Positions 26,482-35,103 are shown, numbered from the stretch's first letter. The stretch: DNA of 42,726 nt from an uncultured Parcubacteria group bacterium (GCA_947085915.1 CAMTYD010000020.1:1-42726); one strand, 5' to 3'. Made by a program: numbers and translations. The notes: a model not told the origin generated them from the letters alone.

Positions 26482-26581
26482 CCCACAGCAAAGATTTTGC
26501 CGTCGCTATCTGCCGCTGCTGCGGCAGCGCTGCCTCTCGGCCCGTCGGCCTGCGAGACACGGCAAAACCCTTGCCGTGTGC
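26481..26581. repeat. 101-bp branched palindromic element filling a convergent intergenic gap
   Basis: Terminal 23-nt imperfect inverted repeat (19/23 identical) enclosing two GC-rich hairpins. Confidence 0.7.
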
Positions 26582-26929
26582 TTAGGATTTGAGTGAGGAG
26601 GTAAGGCGAGTGAACACCTCCGGGTGGTCTTTTGCGAGTTCAGAGAGTACTTTGCGGTCGAGCTTGATGTCGGCCTTCTTGAGAGTGTCGATGAATTTCG
26701 AGTATGAGAATCCAAGCGGTCGTACCGCAGCGTTAATGCGGAGTGTCCAGAGATTACGGTATTCGCGCTTCTTTGTGCGGCGGTGGCGGAATGCGTGAGT
26801 ACCCGCGTGTTGTATTGCTTCCTTCGCTGTGCGCTCTTTGGTGGAGCGGTTGAAGCGATAGCCCTTGGTCTGTGCCAAGACGTTTCGGCGGCGCTTCAAC
26901 TTCGTGACTCCTCGTTTTACTCGTACCAT
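26582..26929 (-). CDS. rplT: 50S ribosomal protein L20
   Basis: MVRVKRG, KGY, RNLWTLRINAA, YSKFI, LDRKVLSELA. Confidence 0.97.
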   Translation of the reverse strand: MVRVKRGVTKLKRRRNVLAQTKGYRFNRSTKERTAKEAIQHAGTHAFRHRRTKKREYRNLWTLRINAAVRPLGFSYSKFIDTLKKADIKLDRKVLSELAKDHPEVFTRLTSSLKS

Positions 26930-26946
26930 ATCGTAGTGTTACTCGT

Positions 26947-27135
26947 TTAATGACTCAGGTAGCGGCTTTTAGCGGTGTTGTCCATCGTCATGTGGAAGGC
27001 AACAGCACGGCCACGGCGCATCTGTTTTATGCCGCTTTCCTTCGCGTTGAAGTGGTTCTGCCCCGGTGCGCGGGCAATTATCTTGCCCTTCTTGGTGACA
27101 CGGAGGCGTTTTGTGTAAGACTTGTTTGTTTTCAT
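26947..27135 (-). CDS. rpmI: 50S ribosomal protein L35
   Basis: MKTNKSYTKRLRVTKKGKI...HFNAKES; lies between infC and rplT. Confidence 0.92.
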   Translation of the reverse strand: MKTNKSYTKRLRVTKKGKIIARAPGQNHFNAKESGIKQMRRGRAVAFHMTMDNTAKSRYLSH

Positions 27136-27145
27136 ATAAGCTGTG

Positions 27146-27212
27146 GCTTTTTGTCGTCGCTCGCTCGGAAATGTGAAGGCAAGCCTTCTCATTTCTCTCA
27201 CTCCGCTAGACA
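27146..27212 (-). repeat. 67-nt structured repeat, copy 2 (in the rpmI 5' region)
   Basis: Same length and flanks as 18687-18753, with a different but still paired inner stem (GAAATGaGAAGGC/GCCTTCaCATTTC). Confidence 0.85.
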
Positions 27213-27273
27213 ATAATAACCGCGCTCTTGCGCGGTGGGGATAGTATGCCTGAAATCAGGCAAAACGCAAATC

Positions 27274-27882
27274 CTAAGCCTCTGTCTCTGCAGCGGGAGG
27301 GGCTGCCGCTTTGGGCGGTTTCGGTGTCTGGGGTTTCTTCGAAGGATCTCTCTCAAGGGTGATGGAGAGGCCTTTTGGGCCTTTTTGGATAGGTTCGGCT
27401 ACCTTGTAGCCCTCGGGAATGACTGCGAGGAAGCGCTCGAGACGCTCCTTGAGGAATTCGAATTCCATGTATTTGTAGCGACCCCAGAGAAAGAGATCCA
27501 CCTTTACGCGATGACCCTCTTTGAGCCACTCGGCTGCCTTGCCGGCTTTTATTTGCATGTCGCGCTCCGAAGTACCGATTTTGACCTGCGTTATTTTGGT
27601 CTCGGTCACGTGAGCTTTGGATTTTATCTCCTTGTCCTTTTTCTTTTGTTCGTATTTGAATTTTCCGTAATCCGTTATTTTACATACGGGTGGCTGCGCA
27701 TTGGGGGAGATTTCGATAAGGTCGAGTCCGAGTTCTTGGGCTTTGGCTATCGCCTCGCGGATAGGGAGCACACCGAAATTTTCGGCATCCGGTCCAATGA
27801 CACGTACCTCAGGCGCCCGTATGCCTTCGTTCATACGCGCGCGCTCTTTTTCAGCCTGCGATGTGTATTTGGTGAATCCCAT
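27274..27882 (-). CDS. infC: Translation initiation factor IF-3
   Basis: NEGIRAPEVRVI, GLDLIEISPNAQPPVCKITDYGKFKYEQKKK, LKEGHRVKV. Confidence 0.97.
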   Translation of the reverse strand: MGFTKYTSQAEKERARMNEGIRAPEVRVIGPDAENFGVLPIREAIAKAQELGLDLIEISPNAQPPVCKITDYGKFKYEQKKKDKEIKSKAHVTETKITQVKIGTSERDMQIKAGKAAEWLKEGHRVKVDLFLWGRYKYMEFEFLKERLERFLAVIPEGYKVAEPIQKGPKGLSITLERDPSKKPQTPKPPKAAAPPAAETEA

Positions 27883-27929
27883 TTGTCGCGTGCACTATAG
27901 CATCCCGCGTGTCATTTCTCAATGCGAAA

Positions 27930-29213
27930 TTACTCAATGTAATTTTGTGCAGGCGTATACCCCCCAAAAGGCTTCAGGTAGCTAAGCGCGAGAAGCAGGG
28001 CGCGCTTCATCGTGTCGAGCAATCTCATGGTGAAGGTGTTGTCTGCTCCTGTGAAGCCAGAGCCCGGATTGTTTGCGAGGTCATTCGAAGTAAAGGTCTG
28101 CGGGACGTTCAGGCCTTGGTAGACAGCTAGTGTGCCCGTTGCTCTTGTTGAGGTCGGTCTCTTGCCATCCAGTGATGTTGCGTCACTGGTATCGGGATTG
28201 AGGTCAATATCAACTGCGGTTCCGATATCGATCGAGTCGCTTGTCGGCTCGTCGAGGAACTCCTCAATGAGGTCGATACTCGATGTGGCCTTTTTCGTCG
28301 TAGTCGATTTGGTATTCGTATTTGTATTGGTGTTGGTATTCGTGTTGAGTAAATCCGAGACGGGGGTTGGCTGGGATGGTACAGAAGTGTTCGTGGGTTG
28401 GGCAGTCGGGGTTGATTGCTGAGGGGGTGGCGGAGGGGGTGGCGGTTGCTGCGGAGGCTGTTGCGGTTGTTGACCCATTGCCTGCCGGATTGCGTCTGAA
28501 AGCTGGGATGAGGGTGATGTGCTCGGATTTGGTATGCCCGATGTATCTGGATTTATGTTTACCTTGCCATCACAGCCTTTTGTCTGACGGCTGCAGGCAG
28601 CTTGCAGATTCTCAACGCACTGCAGGTGACGATATCCTTCGTGCTCGGAGTATGCAGAATGTATACCAAAAGGAGAGTTTGCGTTCTGTCTGCCCAGCAC
28701 TTGGAGAACCCAGGCAAGACACGAGGGACTTCCTGCCACATCAACGGCGAGTCCGTATTGATGGCAAGATCGGCCTTGAGGAGCGCATGCACCACCGCTC
28801 GGGTTACATTTTTGTAGAGGACGCATTGCACTGTTGATTTTTAGCGGGCACCCACGTGTTTCCGCGAACTCCATGAATTTCTTTAGTCGACAGGCCAGAG
28901 AGGGGTTCATACCGTTCGAAAATTCGCCGCCCGCACCCTGTCGTGGGGTAATGAAGCTGTTGGATTTATCGCCGTTATGACGCTGTTCTAGGAAGGGATA
29001 GGGATTCGTGTCGCATCCGCCATTCAAAACAGTCCCATCTTTTCCGTCGGGAGTACACGTACCAGCGGCGACACCTGGAACTTCGTTGGGCGCTGCGGGG
29101 TGCATGCCGCTCGGGCATTCGACCGCGAAGACGCGGGGAATTCCGAGAAAGCTTACAAAAATGATTCCGCACGCAAGAAAAAGTACTACAACCGCGCGCT
29201 CTCTAATCGACAT
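27930..29213 (-). CDS. Secreted Cys-rich protein with M15-like (D-Ala-D-Ala peptidase) Zn domain and Pro/Gln/Thr/Asn linker
   Basis: Signal peptide; INSAMRP, SCHQYGLAVD (SxHxxGxAxD) and a downstream RHLQ; followed by poly-P/Q and (NT)n tracts. Confidence 0.7.
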   Translation of the reverse strand: MSIRERAVVVLFLACGIIFVSFLGIPRVFAVECPSGMHPAAPNEVPGVAAGTCTPDGKDGTVLNGGCDTNPYPFLEQRHNGDKSNSFITPRQGAGGEFSNGMNPSLACRLKKFMEFAETRGCPLKINSAMRPLQKCNPSGGACAPQGRSCHQYGLAVDVAGSPSCLAWVLQVLGRQNANSPFGIHSAYSEHEGYRHLQCVENLQAACSRQTKGCDGKVNINPDTSGIPNPSTSPSSQLSDAIRQAMGQQPQQPPQQPPPPPPPPQQSTPTAQPTNTSVPSQPTPVSDLLNTNTNTNTNTNTKSTTTKKATSSIDLIEEFLDEPTSDSIDIGTAVDIDLNPDTSDATSLDGKRPTSTRATGTLAVYQGLNVPQTFTSNDLANNPGSGFTGADNTFTMRLLDTMKRALLLALSYLKPFGGYTPAQNYIE

Positions 29214-29270
29214 ACTTGCTAGTATACAGGGCTACGTGTCGTGCCGGCAGTCGTCCTGTGGACGCACCCT

Positions 29271-29864
29271 TCATGATGCCGCAGGCTTTTTTGTATCTCC
29301 GGCACATGTATCGTCTGCCCACAATCCTTTTTTTTCCTCGCGCGCTTTTTTCTCGGCCGCTTTGAATCTATCTTGATATTTGTAGGGAAGATTGTACGTG
29401 TACTCATGGGCGTATCCCGTAAAAATCATGTATTCGTTGAAAAGTGTCCCGTCCGGGAGGTATACGTAGGCGAGTGTCCGCCCGTACTTATCGAGCGTGC
29501 CTTGCGACGCATCAAACTCAAGACGCACTGTCTTGCCTGTGAGTAGCTCCTTCGCTTTGTCCGACGCGGCCTTGCCGAAACATTGCACTGGTTTGCGTGG
29601 GTCCACGGTCTCCGGTGTGTCGAGCCCGATGAGTCTCAGTGTCACCGGCTTTCCGTTCATCAGGACTGCGACTGTATCTCCGTCGACGACTTTGACGACG
29701 GGGTACGTATCCTTCGGAAGGGGAGGTAGAGGAGTCTGCTCGCTCACCCGTACCGCTACATCGATGGGTGGAGATGAGGAGGTATCATTTTTTGTCTGCG
29801 GCTCGAGAAGTAAGCCGATAATCGCTATCAGGATTGGAATCCCAAAAACAAGCAACTTTTTCAC
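29271..29864 (-). CDS. Thermonuclease (staphylococcal nuclease family), membrane-anchored
   Basis: VVDGDT, LRLIGLDTPE, DKYGRTLAYV, GYAHEY, AREEKKGLW. GTG start 6 nt after TATAAT. Confidence 0.93.
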   Translation of the reverse strand: MKKLLVFGIPILIAIIGLLLEPQTKNDTSSSPPIDVAVRVSEQTPLPPLPKDTYPVVKVVDGDTVAVLMNGKPVTLRLIGLDTPETVDPRKPVQCFGKAASDKAKELLTGKTVRLEFDASQGTLDKYGRTLAYVYLPDGTLFNEYMIFTGYAHEYTYNLPYKYQDRFKAAEKKAREEKKGLWADDTCAGDTKKPAAS

Positions 29865-30042
29865 TCGCGTATTATACGTGGGAGTCGGTTCATCCTGTCT
29901 TCATGTGGATTGCGTACCTTTATGCACCGTATGGTCGAAGCTAAAAGAGTTCTCATGAAAGTCAGTAAGTAATACACTGCTGCCACGTCTTTTCTTCATG
30001 AGGGTGTTAAAATCTGTCTAGTTATTAATCTAATTATTTATC

Positions 30043-30540
30043 ATGACATCAAGTTCAAAAAAGATTTGGTACGCTATCGGCGCTGTTGCGATTATCCTCC
30101 TTGTCGGATGGGCTCTTATGAACCGCACTGCCTCGACGAACGGGAACACCGATACGCAGGCGACCTCGACCGCAACCACGACGAATGACACAGCGGGTGG
30201 AACGACCTCAGGTACAGGTGCAGGTAAGTTGCCCGCAGGCTGGCCAGCGGATGCTCCGGCGCTTCAATCGGGCGCGAAGATTACGTACTCCGGCGCAGTA
30301 GATCCTGAGACGAAAATCGTTGGCCCCATGGTCATCTATACCGTCTCCGGCACGCCCGCAAGTGCCGTGACGTTCTTCAAATCCCAGTTCACGAAACAGG
30401 GATGGACGTTCCGCGGACAAGGCAACGTGCTGGGCTCGGTGCAGCTCGCTGCGACCAAGGATACACGTCGAGTTACGGTGACAATTTTGGAGACACGCCC
30501 AGGCGTGCTCAACGTAACCGTCGGGATATCTAAACAGTAA
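30043..30540 (+). CDS. Membrane-anchored extracellular hypothetical protein
   Basis: TM anchor, Thr-rich linker, LPAGWPADAP...FFKSQFTKQGWT; paralog of 31590-32114. Confidence 0.7.
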   Translation: MTSSSKKIWYAIGAVAIILLVGWALMNRTASTNGNTDTQATSTATTTNDTAGGTTSGTGAGKLPAGWPADAPALQSGAKITYSGAVDPETKIVGPMVIYTVSGTPASAVTFFKSQFTKQGWTFRGQGNVLGSVQLAATKDTRRVTVTILETRPGVLNVTVGISKQ

Positions 30541-30556
30541 TTTCTTGTTGAAACTC

Positions 30557-30590
30557 AAAAACCGTCCCGCCGCCCGCGGGACGGTTTTTT
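30557..30590 (+). terminator. Intrinsic terminator
   Basis: AAAAACCGTCCCGC-cgccc-GCGGGACGGTTTTT. Confidence 0.85.
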
Positions 30591-30605
30591 GCTTCTGTGC
30601 GGCTG

Positions 30606-30676
30606 GTATACCCCATGAGATAACGATTTCTCTATAATTTGCATCAAATTATGACTTTTTATCTCACGGGGTATAC
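30606..30676 (-). mobile_element. GTATAC-flanked mini inverted-repeat element, copy 1 (opposite orientation to copies 2 and 3)
   Basis: GTATAC-CCCATGAGATA-(37 nt)-TATCTCACGGG-GTATAC. Confidence 0.8.
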
Positions 30677-30764
30677 TGAATAGCTGCGTAAAGTCCCGTT
30701 TTAATCGTCAGTACGGGACACGATTCTGCTGAATCGGGTACGCGGCATAATTTCGCAAAATCAT

Positions 30765-31466
30765 ATGAATCGCATCATTGGGTACTTACTCGCCCTCGTC
30801 GTTCTCTCCGGCCTTGCGTATGCAATTTATTCGTTTGTACCGAGAGGCCCTCTGTCGTCGGGAGAGCCAACCGCCGCGACAACAACCGGCACAAGCTTAG
30901 AGACAGAGATGAAAGTCGAGTCGGTCTATGAGGAGACCTCCGTCTACAAGATTGAAGCGCGCTATCCGCAATTCGGTATTTCTGCCGTGGATGCATACAT
31001 AAAAGCAGTTGTAGATAAAGCCATTACGGCGTTCAAGGAATATCCGGCGAATCCGGCCGGTTCTGCGGTGACGCAGAACGAGTTCACCGGCTCGTTTGAT
31101 TCCGTGTACGTAGGATCTGACATTGTGAGCGTTTCGCTCATCATCTCTGAATACACAGGTGGCGCGCATCCGAATACGGTCATCATCGGAGTAAATGTCG
31201 ATAGAAATACGGGGAGAGAGATTTTGCTTGATGACGCGCTTTGGATGATCGGGAAGACACTGCCGCAAGTCGCTGAGCAGTCTTTAAAGGAATTGAAAGC
31301 AACGCTCGGGGGAAACATCATTGCGCCCGAAGGAGCGGATCCCACGGTACAAAATTACAGCACCTTTCTCGTGACCAAAGAAAAAGTCACGTTCATCTTC
31401 AATAGTTACCAAGTCGCTCCGTATGCGGCAGGACAGCAGAAGGTGTGGTTCCAGCGCGTGAAATAA
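30765..31466 (+). CDS. DUF3298/DUF4163 (RsiV/PdaC-N-like) membrane-anchored protein
   Basis: TM anchor; YPQF, EYTGGAHPN, FNSYQVAPYAAG. Confidence 0.8.
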   Translation: MNRIIGYLLALVVLSGLAYAIYSFVPRGPLSSGEPTAATTTGTSLETEMKVESVYEETSVYKIEARYPQFGISAVDAYIKAVVDKAITAFKEYPANPAGSAVTQNEFTGSFDSVYVGSDIVSVSLIISEYTGGAHPNTVIIGVNVDRNTGREILLDDALWMIGKTLPQVAEQSLKELKATLGGNIIAPEGADPTVQNYSTFLVTKEKVTFIFNSYQVAPYAAGQQKVWFQRVK

Positions 31467-31589
31467 GGATTGTTCTGTCCCCCCAGGGGATTGCGATTTG
31501 TAACCACGCTTCGCGTGGACAAATCGGGAACTTGCCCTTCATGAGCGGTATGGGACACTGGAGGTGTTATCCATAACTAATACTATTGT

Positions 31590-32114
31590 ATGCCAGAAGG
31601 AAATACGCCCTCTACATCGGGCGGAAATAAGATGTACTACATTATCGGCGGCGTTATCGTCTTGGCGCTTATCGGTTGGTTCCTGATGCGCGGCGCAGGT
31701 TCTATGATGGGCGCTGCGACAGGCACAGATGTCGATCGCAACATGGATGGTTCGACAACATATACCAATGATCAAGGCAGCGTGACGGTAGGCACAGCCG
31801 CGAGTATGCCGGCCAATTGGCCGTCGGACGCACCGCAGAATTTTGCAGGTGCCACGATTGTCTACTCAGGCACATCAAATCCGCAGACCGGTCAGACGGG
31901 CTCAGCGGTTTCCTACACCGTGCGCGCCTCTGCACAAAGTGTCGCTGACCATTACAAGCAGCAGCTCAGCTCTGCTGGTTGGACTGTTCAGGCAACGGCA
32001 AACATGGGCGGTGCTACGGTTGTCTCGGCGTCCAAAGATGCACGCACGTTTGGCGCGTACATCACCGATGTAGGTGACGGTACCGCCTCGGTAGTCGTGG
32101 GCATAGGAATGTAA
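31590..32114 (+). CDS. Membrane-anchored extracellular hypothetical protein
   Basis: TM anchor; MPANWPSDAP...HYKQQLSSAGWT; paralog of 30043-30540. Confidence 0.7.
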   Translation: MPEGNTPSTSGGNKMYYIIGGVIVLALIGWFLMRGAGSMMGAATGTDVDRNMDGSTTYTNDQGSVTVGTAASMPANWPSDAPQNFAGATIVYSGTSNPQTGQTGSAVSYTVRASAQSVADHYKQQLSSAGWTVQATANMGGATVVSASKDARTFGAYITDVGDGTASVVVGIGM

Positions 32115-32128
32115 TTCATTTTTCGGTA

Positions 32129-32162
32129 ACTCAAAAGCCGCCCGAGAGGGCGGCGTTTGAGT
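32129..32162. terminator. Hairpin, probable terminator
   Basis: ACTCAAA-a-GCCGCCC-gaga-GGGCGGC-g-TTTGAGT. Confidence 0.6.
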
Positions 32163-32211
32163 CGGAGACAAGAGGGGACGCCCCCAGTCCAGGGCTATCC
32201 ACAGGCACGTC

Positions 32212-32240
32212 TTGACTGGTGAACTATAGTTCACTACACT
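32212..32240 (+). promoter_or_regulatory. lexA-dinB promoter with SOS box in the spacer
   Basis: TTGACT (32212-32217), 17 nt, TACACT (32235-32240). The spacer holds the perfect palindrome GTGAACTATAGTTCAC (32219-32234), a GAAC-N4-GTTC site. Confidence 0.85.
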
Positions 32241-32247
32241 GAGGGTA

Positions 32248-32814
32248 ATGTATGAGGAATATAAAAAGAAACTGGTCGCGTTTTATGAGACACATCGGCG
32301 TATGCCCGGCTACAAAGAGATCATGGCACTCACGGGTTTTAGATCCAAGAACGCTGTGTTCAAATTTATCGGTAAACTTATCGAGGACGGTGTGGTCCGA
32401 AAGGACGAAAGAGGCAGATTATCCCCGGCATCGCTCGGAGCGGGTATTCGACTCCTTGGTTTGGTCGAGGCGGGATTTCCTTCGGCAGCCGAGGAAGAGC
32501 TACTTGATGTTATAGATTTCGACGAGTACCTTACGCCCAACAAGGAGTCGAGCTACATCCTCAAGGTCAAAGGTGACTCGATGATAGATGCCGGTATCCA
32601 GCCGGGGGACATGGTCATCGTTGAACGAAAGAGCTCGTACAAGCTGGGGCAAATAGTAATCGCAAATGTGGACAGCGAATTTACTATGAAATATTTGCGC
32701 AAGTCGGGAGACAAGTACTATCTGGAGCCGGCCAACAAGAAATACAAGCCGATTTATCCAAAGGAATCTTTTTCTATTGAAGCGGTCGTAACCGCGGTCG
32801 TCCGTAAATATTAA
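32248..32814 (+). CDS. lexA: LexA repressor (HTH plus S24 autopeptidase)
   Basis: N-terminal MPGYKEIMALTGFRSKNAV, Ala-Gly cleavage site VEAGFP, catalytic Ser in GDSM and Lys in TMKY. Confidence 0.9.
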   Translation: MYEEYKKKLVAFYETHRRMPGYKEIMALTGFRSKNAVFKFIGKLIEDGVVRKDERGRLSPASLGAGIRLLGLVEAGFPSAAEEELLDVIDFDEYLTPNKESSYILKVKGDSMIDAGIQPGDMVIVERKSSYKLGQIVIANVDSEFTMKYLRKSGDKYYLEPANKKYKPIYPKESFSIEAVVTAVVRKY

Positions 32815-32816
32815 GT

Positions 32817-34118
32817 ATGGCATGGGGCGCGCAGCAGAGTTTTCCGCGCGCCATTTTGCATACGGATGGCGATTCGTTTTTTGCGTCGTGCGAAGTAGCC
32901 AAGAATCCCTCGCTGCGGGGAAAGCCCGTTATCACAGGTAAAGAACGCGGCATCGTTTCCTCTATGACATACGAGGCGCGGGCTCTCGGAGTGCGCCGCG
33001 CGATGCCGCTCCACGAAATAAAGAAAAAATTTCCCGAGGTTATTATTTTGCCGTCGGACTATGAGACATACAGTATCTTCTCCAACCGCATGTATGAAAT
33101 AGTGCGTAGATACACGCCGGCCGTCGAGGAATATTCTATCGATGAGTGCTTTGCCGACCTCACGGGTCTGCGTCGTCTGCATCACATGCCGTATCCAAAG
33201 ATTGCCGCATCTATCAAGCGTGACCTCGAGCGCGAGCTCGGCATGACATTTTCGATGGGTCTTTCGTGTACCAAGGTCTTAGCGAAGATAGGTTCAAAAT
33301 GGAACAAGCCTTCGGGGCTCACTATTATCCCGCTACGCGACGCGGGCGCATTTTTGAAGCAAACACCCATAGGGAAGATTTGGGGCATCGGGCCCAATAC
33401 CGCCGCTTACCTCAACAAATTTGGAATACAGACTGCATACGATTTCGCGAAGAAAGACGAGGCGTGGATACGGGCCACGACGTCGAAACCGTATGTTGAA
33501 TTGTGGAAAGAGCTCAATGGCACGGTGATGAGCGAGCTGGATAGTGCCGGCCGGAAAAGCTACCAATCAATACAAAAGACCAAGACCTTCACACCATCGC
33601 GGGATATGCGCGTCGTGTTCTCGCAGCTCTCCAAAAATGTCGAGAATGCCTGCATTAAGGCGCGCCGGTGGAATCTCGCTACAAAAGATATTTCCTTTTT
33701 TCTCAAGACACAGGATTTCCGCTATCACGGCTATGAGATAAAGCTTTCTTCGGCCACGTGCGTGCCGCAAGACATTCTGAAAGTTGTCTCGGAATATTTT
33801 CCCGATGTATTCAAAAAGGGTACGGAGTATCGCGCGACCGGGATTACCCTCATGAGCTTAGGTGATGCGGGTTCCGCACAGCTGGACATCTTTGGGTCTG
33901 TGCTGAAGTCGGAAGGATTGAAAAAGGTATTCGAGAGTGTGGACGCTATATCCCTGCGGTACGGTAAGCATGCGGTTTTTCTTGGCTCAAGCTTTGAGGC
34001 AATGAAATCCGGGGCGCATCTGGGAGAGCGCGGCGAGAAGCCGGCGCGGACGCGGGAACTCTTTAAGGGCGAGACCGCGCGCCGCCGATTGGGCATTCCG
34101 AGCTTAGGAGAAGTGTAA
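32817..34118 (+). CDS. dinB: Y-family DNA polymerase IV
   Basis: ILHTDGDSFFASCE, YEARALGV, YSIDECF, KIWGIG, clamp-binding-like QLDIF. Confidence 0.9.
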   Translation: MAWGAQQSFPRAILHTDGDSFFASCEVAKNPSLRGKPVITGKERGIVSSMTYEARALGVRRAMPLHEIKKKFPEVIILPSDYETYSIFSNRMYEIVRRYTPAVEEYSIDECFADLTGLRRLHHMPYPKIAASIKRDLERELGMTFSMGLSCTKVLAKIGSKWNKPSGLTIIPLRDAGAFLKQTPIGKIWGIGPNTAAYLNKFGIQTAYDFAKKDEAWIRATTSKPYVELWKELNGTVMSELDSAGRKSYQSIQKTKTFTPSRDMRVVFSQLSKNVENACIKARRWNLATKDISFFLKTQDFRYHGYEIKLSSATCVPQDILKVVSEYFPDVFKKGTEYRATGITLMSLGDAGSAQLDIFGSVLKSEGLKKVFESVDAISLRYGKHAVFLGSSFEAMKSGAHLGERGEKPARTRELFKGETARRRLGIPSLGEV

Positions 34119-34119
34119 G

Positions 34120-34156
34120 AAAACAAAAAGCGCCTTGCGGCGCTCTTTGTTGTTTT
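34120..34156. terminator. Bidirectional terminator between dinB and ssrA
   Basis: AGCGCC-ttgc-GGCGCT stem flanked by A-rich and T-rich tracts. Confidence 0.75.
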
Positions 34157-34157
34157 G

Positions 34158-34546
34158 TGGAAGTGCCGGGAATCGAACCCGGGTCCAGAAAATGGTATGC
34201 AGATGATTCTACAAGGCTTAGAGTATTCTTTTTTGTTTGAGTACAACGAGTAGGGAATACTCGAGATCGCGTTGTACCGGACTCTCTTTCTTTAGTTCCT
34301 TACCCGGAGTGAGATAAGGTTCGGACCCGAATTTTATGACACGCCATCTCTTGTATCGGATGTAGAAGAGGAGCGTGGTCGCTTAGGCTATTGCGTAAGC
34401 GAACTGAAGGTCTTTCATCTGAATAGGTGAAAGCTCTCCACGTGCTGTTTTATTTGCACTTAGGTTTTGAATGTTTTTATGGAAGGACATTCACTTCCGC
34501 CTCGCACACAAGCACACTGAATTTCCTGTCGAAGCCAGTCACCCCC
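34158..34546 (-). ncRNA. ssrA: tmRNA
   Basis: 5' GGGGGTGACTGGCTTCGAC and 3' GGACCCGGGTTCGATTCCCGGCACTTCCA; tag frame 34457-34383 ANKTARGELSPIQMKDLQFAYAIA*; directly downstream of smpB. Confidence 0.95.
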
Positions 34547-34594
34547 CATCTCCCATCTTAAAAAAGATGAGAGATGGCGATGGACTGACCACAG

Positions 34595-35038
34595 CTATTT
34601 ATTTTTCAAAGTCCTTTCGATGTGGCGTTTCTCGTCGCGGTTCTTAATACTATGACGCTTATCTTCCTTTTTCTTACCGCGCGCAATTCCTATCGAGAGT
34701 TTCAGATTTCGTCCTTTATTATACACCTTAAGTGGCACTATTGTCAACCCTTTCTCGCCCTCTGCCGAGGATACATGTGCGATTTGTTTTCGGGAAAGGA
34801 GCAACCGGCGCGTTCGTTCGGGGTCGTATGCTTTCGGAGCGTTGGCGGGCTGCCACGCGGGTATCGTCGCGCCCACGAGGTAGGCTTCGCCCCCGCGCGC
34901 CACGACGCGCGCGCCTTTGAGCGAGCCATGACCAGCGCGAAGCGACTTCACTTCGAAGCCGAGCAATTCCAAACCCGCCTCGATTTCTTCGAGTATCGTG
35001 TAGTCAAATCCGACGCGTTTATTTTCTACCACTGCCAT
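34595..35038 (-). CDS. smpB: SsrA-binding protein
   Basis: ENKRVGFDY, EAGLELLGFEVKSLR, RTRRLLL, GLTIVPL, ARGKKKEDKR. Start at ATG 35038. Confidence 0.97.
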   Translation of the reverse strand: MAVVENKRVGFDYTILEEIEAGLELLGFEVKSLRAGHGSLKGARVVARGGEAYLVGATIPAWQPANAPKAYDPERTRRLLLSRKQIAHVSSAEGEKGLTIVPLKVYNKGRNLKLSIGIARGKKKEDKRHSIKNRDEKRHIERTLKNK

Positions 35039-35103
35039 GCGAACACTATACACCGTGACCGCATTCTTTCATTCGCCGCTCTACTTATGTATAATGCCCA
35101 GCT

